Positions 51,035 to 54,587 of a stretch of DNA of 54,587 nt are shown piece after piece; position 1 is the first letter of the stretch; the number at the start of each line of letters is the position of its first letter. Source of the stretch: Flavobacteriaceae bacterium. Lineage in GTDB: Bacteria; Bacteroidota; Bacteroidia; Flavobacteriales; Flavobacteriaceae. The position numbers and the translations under genes are program-made. A model generated the notes under the pieces. The model was not told the origin of the DNA. It did not search any database and saw only the letters and a program-made list of their open reading frames with translations. The stretch spans positions 1 to 54,587 of the forward strand of contig DAOUTI010000001.1 in NCBI GenBank assembly GCA_030626795.1. The letters are read 5' to 3'.

Positions 51035-51688
51035 ATGTCACACATTATTGCTCCATCAATCTTAGCAGCCGATTTTGCTAATTTGCAAAAAGAAATTGAA
51101 ATGGTAAATCAAAGTGAAGCCGATTGGTTTCATATTGATGTGATGGATGGTGTTTTTGTACCCAATATTTCCTTCGGAATGCCAGTTATTTCTGCAATAA
51201 AAAAACATGTAAAAAAAACTATGGATGTACATTTAATGATTGTAGATCCAGATAGATTTATTGCTGATTTTAAAAAAGCTGGAGCCGATATCCTAACCGT
51301 ACATTATGAAGCATGTAAACATTTACACAGAACGATTCAAGCAATAAAAGCAGAAGGAATGCAAGCTGGGGTTTCGTTAAACCCACATACACCAGTTGCT
51401 GTTTTAGAAGATGTAATCCAAGATTTAGATTTGGTTTTAATTATGAGTGTTAACCCTGGTTTTGGCGGACAAAGTTTTATTGAAAACACCTATAAAAAAA
51501 TAAAGCAATTAAAAGAACTCATTGAAAAAACAGGTTCAAAAGCTATAATTGAAATAGATGGTGGTGTAAATGATAAAAATATTAAAAAATTAATTTCAGC
51601 AGGTGCCAATGCCCTGGTTGCCGGTAGTTTTATTTTTAAAAGTGAAAATCCTACAGAGACAATTAAGAAATTAAAACAGACTTTATAA
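51035..51688 (+). CDS. rpe: Ribulose-phosphate 3-epimerase
   Basis: IAPSILAADF, HIDVMDG, MSVNPGFGGQ, DGG; start MSHII. Confidence 0.97.
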   Translation: MSHIIAPSILAADFANLQKEIEMVNQSEADWFHIDVMDGVFVPNISFGMPVISAIKKHVKKTMDVHLMIVDPDRFIADFKKAGADILTVHYEACKHLHRTIQAIKAEGMQAGVSLNPHTPVAVLEDVIQDLDLVLIMSVNPGFGGQSFIENTYKKIKQLKELIEKTGSKAIIEIDGGVNDKNIKKLISAGANALVAGSFIFKSENPTETIKKLKQTL

Positions 51689-51717
51689 TGTTACAATGTG
51701 TAAATGGTATAATTTAA
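51686..51717 (+). repeat. Left arm of 32-bp inverted repeat (8-nt units)
   Basis: TAATGTTACAATGTGTAAATGGTATAATTTAA; 27/32 match to the reverse complement of 52110-52141. Confidence 0.9.
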
Positions 51718-51727
51718 AAATATTTTT

Positions 51728-52099
51728 TTATTTATTGGTATAGGTTGAATATTTTGCTTTTGACATTATTTTGGTTATTTCAATGGATTCATCAAGAAGC
51801 CTTTGTAATTCCACAGTTTCATTTGATAAGTTTACATCTTTAATTACTTCTAGCCAATATTCAGATTCATCAATTTCTTCTACTACAATACATACTTTAC
51901 TAAAGAATTCATTTTTTGACCTTGCTTGACATGCTGCTCGATAATTAGCTCCTGTTGATGTTGCTGATTTAACAAGTTGATATGTAATAACTGATGAGGC
52001 TTTACTTGTTTTCAATGAATTACAAAAAAGAATTATATCTACAGCAAATTTCTTGGTCCGCACTTTCATTTTTTCAATAAACACTTCTTTCTCTGTCAT
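51728..52099 (-). CDS. Four helix bundle protein (TIGR02436 / 23S rRNA IVP, Avd-like fold)
   Basis: QLVKSATSTGANYRAA, RSKNEF, EEIDESEYWLE; start MTEKE (52099), or 52123. Confidence 0.92.
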   Translation of the reverse strand: MTEKEVFIEKMKVRTKKFAVDIILFCNSLKTSKASSVITYQLVKSATSTGANYRAACQARSKNEFFSKVCIVVEEIDESEYWLEVIKDVNLSNETVELQRLLDESIEITKIMSKAKYSTYTNK

Positions 52100-52109
52100 T
52101 ATTTTATTA

Positions 52110-52141
52110 TTAGATTGTATCATTTACACATTTTATCATTA
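52110..52141 (-). repeat. Right arm of 32-bp inverted repeat
   Basis: Minus strand TAATGATAAAATGTGTAAATGATACAATCTAA. Confidence 0.9.
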
Positions 52142-53839
52142 ATCATCAGACTTAATATCCTTTAAATTTAATTGTAATGAAGTGATTCCGTTCCAATGAT
52201 TTTCTTCTATAGTAAAAACTGCTTGAAAAGCATTTCCATTACTGACGATTTCAAATTTATTACCTAATCCAAATCCGATAGCATTATAAGTTTTTTGATC
52301 AATTCCAGAAATAATGCTCAATTTAAGATGTTCGCCATCAGCACCTACTTTTTTACCATAACCATTATCTCTTAAACCTGTTGCTAAAAAAGTTGGCTTC
52401 ATATTTTGAGGGCCAAAAGGACCGAATTGTTTGATAATTCGGTTAAACTTTGGAGTAATATCCGATAAATATATTGTAGAATCAATAGTAATTTCTGGAG
52501 TAAGCAATTCTTTTGGGATGCTATTTTTTACTACATTTTCAAACTTGTTTTTAAAATTGTCATAATTTTTGGGGTCTAGAGTTAAGCCAGCAGCATATTT
52601 ATGCCCGCCAAATTGTTCAATAAATTCACTACATCCTTGCAGGGCATTATAAACATCAAAGCCTTTAACTGACCTAGCAGAAGCTGCTAACTTTTCGCCA
52701 CTTTTTGTAAACACCAAAGTTGGGCGATAATAAGTTTCAATTAATCTGGAAGCTACAATACCAATAACTCCTTTGTGCCAATTATCTTGATAAACAACGG
52801 TTGTGAAATTATTTTTTTCATCATTTTTTTTAATTTGGTCTAGAGCCTCTTCTGTTATTTGCTTATCTAATTCTTTTCGATCAGTATTATATATTTCAAT
52901 TTCTGCTGCTATTTTTTTTGCTTTTTCAAAATTGGTTTCTGATAAAAGATTTACAGCATGTAAACCATGTTTCATTCTTCCGGCAGCATTAATTCTGGGG
53001 GCAATTACAAAAACCACATCTGTAATATTTAAGATGTCTTTTTTTATATTCTGAATAATGGCTTTAATTCCAGGTCGAGGGTTTGTATTAATAACCTGAA
53101 TACCATAATATGCTAAAATTCGATTTTCACCCGTTATTGGAACAATATCGGCGGCAATTGCTGTTGCCACCAAGTCTAAATACGGGATAAGTTCATTAAA
53201 ATTTTGATTTCTTTTTTCGGCTAGAGCCTGAATCAATTTAAAGCCAACACCACATCCACAAAGTTCATCATAAGGATAAGTACAATCCTCACGTTTTGGA
53301 TCTAAAACTGCAATAGCTTCAGGAAGTTCTTCTCCAGGACGATGATGATCACAAATAATAAAATCGACATTTTTGGTTTTCGCGTATTTTACTTTGTCAA
53401 TTGCTTTAATACCGCAATCTAATGCAATAATTAAAGAGAATTCATTATCCCTAGCAAAATCAATTCCTTTAAAGGAAATACCATAACCTTCATCATATCG
53501 ATCAGGAATATAAGTGGCTATATTTGGGTAAAAACTTAATAAATAAGACGATACTAAAGAAACCGCTGTGGTGCCATCAACATCATAGTCTCCATAAATT
53601 AATATATTTTCATTTTCTTTAATTGCTTTTTCAATGCGTTGAATTGCAATACCCATATCTTTCATTAAATAGGGATCATGTAAATCATTTAGTGATGGTC
53701 TAAAAAAATATTTGGCTTGCTCAAAAGTTTCAATATGGCGTTGTACTAATAGTTTTGCTATTGTTTTATCAACGTTTAACGCTAATGCAAGTTTAGCAAT
53801 TGTATTTTCATTAGGCTTATGTTTATTTTTCCAGCGCAT
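52139..53839 (-). CDS. recJ: Single-stranded-DNA-specific exonuclease
   Basis: YGDYDVDG, DHH, PRINAAGR, FGGHKYAAG. Confidence 0.97.
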   Translation of the reverse strand: MRWKNKHKPNENTIAKLALALNVDKTIAKLLVQRHIETFEQAKYFFRPSLNDLHDPYLMKDMGIAIQRIEKAIKENENILIYGDYDVDGTTAVSLVSSYLLSFYPNIATYIPDRYDEGYGISFKGIDFARDNEFSLIIALDCGIKAIDKVKYAKTKNVDFIICDHHRPGEELPEAIAVLDPKREDCTYPYDELCGCGVGFKLIQALAEKRNQNFNELIPYLDLVATAIAADIVPITGENRILAYYGIQVINTNPRPGIKAIIQNIKKDILNITDVVFVIAPRINAAGRMKHGLHAVNLLSETNFEKAKKIAAEIEIYNTDRKELDKQITEEALDQIKKNDEKNNFTTVVYQDNWHKGVIGIVASRLIETYYRPTLVFTKSGEKLAASARSVKGFDVYNALQGCSEFIEQFGGHKYAAGLTLDPKNYDNFKNKFENVVKNSIPKELLTPEITIDSTIYLSDITPKFNRIIKQFGPFGPQNMKPTFLATGLRDNGYGKKVGADGEHLKLSIISGIDQKTYNAIGFGLGNKFEIVSNGNAFQAVFTIEENHWNGITSLQLNLKDIKSDD

Positions 53840-54098
53840 TTTTAATAGTTGTACCTTTTATGGTATGTTTTTTTATCAAAAGTTAACATATATTTATTAT
53901 CAATAAAAATAGAATAAAAAAGCGCAACGAAAAAGATAAAATAACATCTTGATTAATAACACCTAGCTATATAAAGGTATTTCATGTTAAAATTTGCACG
54001 TTTATTTGCGTATTTGTGCAATTTTTAACAAATAAATATTATATTAGCTAGATTATTAACCCAAAATTAACATTTATTAACGCAAAATTAATCAGATT

Positions 54099-54587
54099 AT
54101 GAGAAAAAAGTACATGTTCTCTTTACTGGTATTATTTATTTCTGCAAGCCAAATGTTGTTCGCACAAACAGGAACAATTAAAGGTGCAGTTTCAGATGAT
54201 TCTGGAGCAGCATTACCAGGAGTAAATATACAAGTTAAAGGAACTATCGAAGGAACAGCATCCGATTTTGATGGAAATTACGAAATTGAAGCCTCACAAG
54301 GCGACGTTTTAATTTTTTCATTTATCGGTTTTACTAATCAAGAAGTTACAGTAGCAGGTTCTACATTAAATGTAACTCTTGAAGAAGATGCAAATGAACT
54401 TGACGAGGTTGTGGTTACAGCCTTTGGTATTAAAAAAGAAACTAGAGAGTTAGGTTATTCTGTTACTCAAGTTAAAACTGAAGATTTAAATTTGGCAGGT
54501 CAAACAAGTGCAATCAGTGCATTACAAGGACGTGTTGCGGGTTTACAAATTAGTAATACTTCAGGGTCATCTGGAGGCGGTGTTGAT
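54099..54587 (+). CDS. susC: SusC/RagA family TonB-linked outer membrane protein (5' part, runs off the window)
   Basis: Manual translation MRKKYMFSLLVLFISASQMLFAQ...LPGVNIQVKGT...SDFDGNY...LDEVVVTAFGIKK...LGYSV...LQGRVAGLQI. Confidence 0.92.
   Translation, partial: MRKKYMFSLLVLFISASQMLFAQTGTIKGAVSDDSGAALPGVNIQVKGTIEGTASDFDGNYEIEASQGDVLIFSFIGFTNQEVTVAGSTLNVTLEEDANELDEVVVTAFGIKKETRELGYSVTQVKTEDLNLAGQTSAISALQGRVAGLQISNTSGSSGGGVD

Noticed and set aside
51686-52141. DGR or IS interpretation of the four-helix-bundle cassette
   Set aside because: No reverse transcriptase, TR/VR pair or transposase in the window, and no clear target-site duplication beyond the stop triplets.
869-53906. Numerous short ORFs antisense to or nested in real genes (e.g. 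869-1123, 4402-4737, 15651-16004, 32466-33011, 46629-46967, 52803-53054)
   Set aside because: They are shadow frames of well-supported genes and carry no recognisable motifs.

Overview
AT-rich chromosomal window from a Flavobacteriaceae-type Bacteroidota bacterium. The assignment rests on TAnnTTTG -7 promoters, gldA, a tamL-like Omp85 lipoprotein, a THC0290-family OMP, a short sigma70 lacking region 1.1, class II HMG-CoA reductase and a susC start. Most of the window is housekeeping: a dipeptidyl-peptidase IV/POT peptide-uptake cluster, mvaA, sod, yicC-gmk-nadD, mscL-alr-tdk, trmB, upp, a Phe/Tyr biosynthesis operon, kdsA, fbaA-accD, rpsO-pnp-rpoD-rpe and recJ. No rRNA, tRNA, CRISPR array, transposase or integrase was seen. 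The notable signals are small and mostly non-coding. (1) A four-helix-bundle (23S-IVP/Avd-like) gene is bracketed by 32-bp inverted repeats built of 8-nt units, whose outer ends are exactly the rpe and recJ stop codons. (2) An unannotated Phe/Tyr-rich 18-aa leader peptide with antiterminator and terminator lies upstream of pheA. (3) A higBA islet is flanked by 74-bp direct repeats of the porin 3' end and by degenerate cassette-like cores. (4) An ompW pseudogene plus a CPBP protease gene are followed by an attC-like hairpin. (5) There are several candidate structured leaders (small membrane protein gene, rpsO, pnp) and a remnant of a fourth POT transporter. All family assignments come from motif recognition, not database searches.
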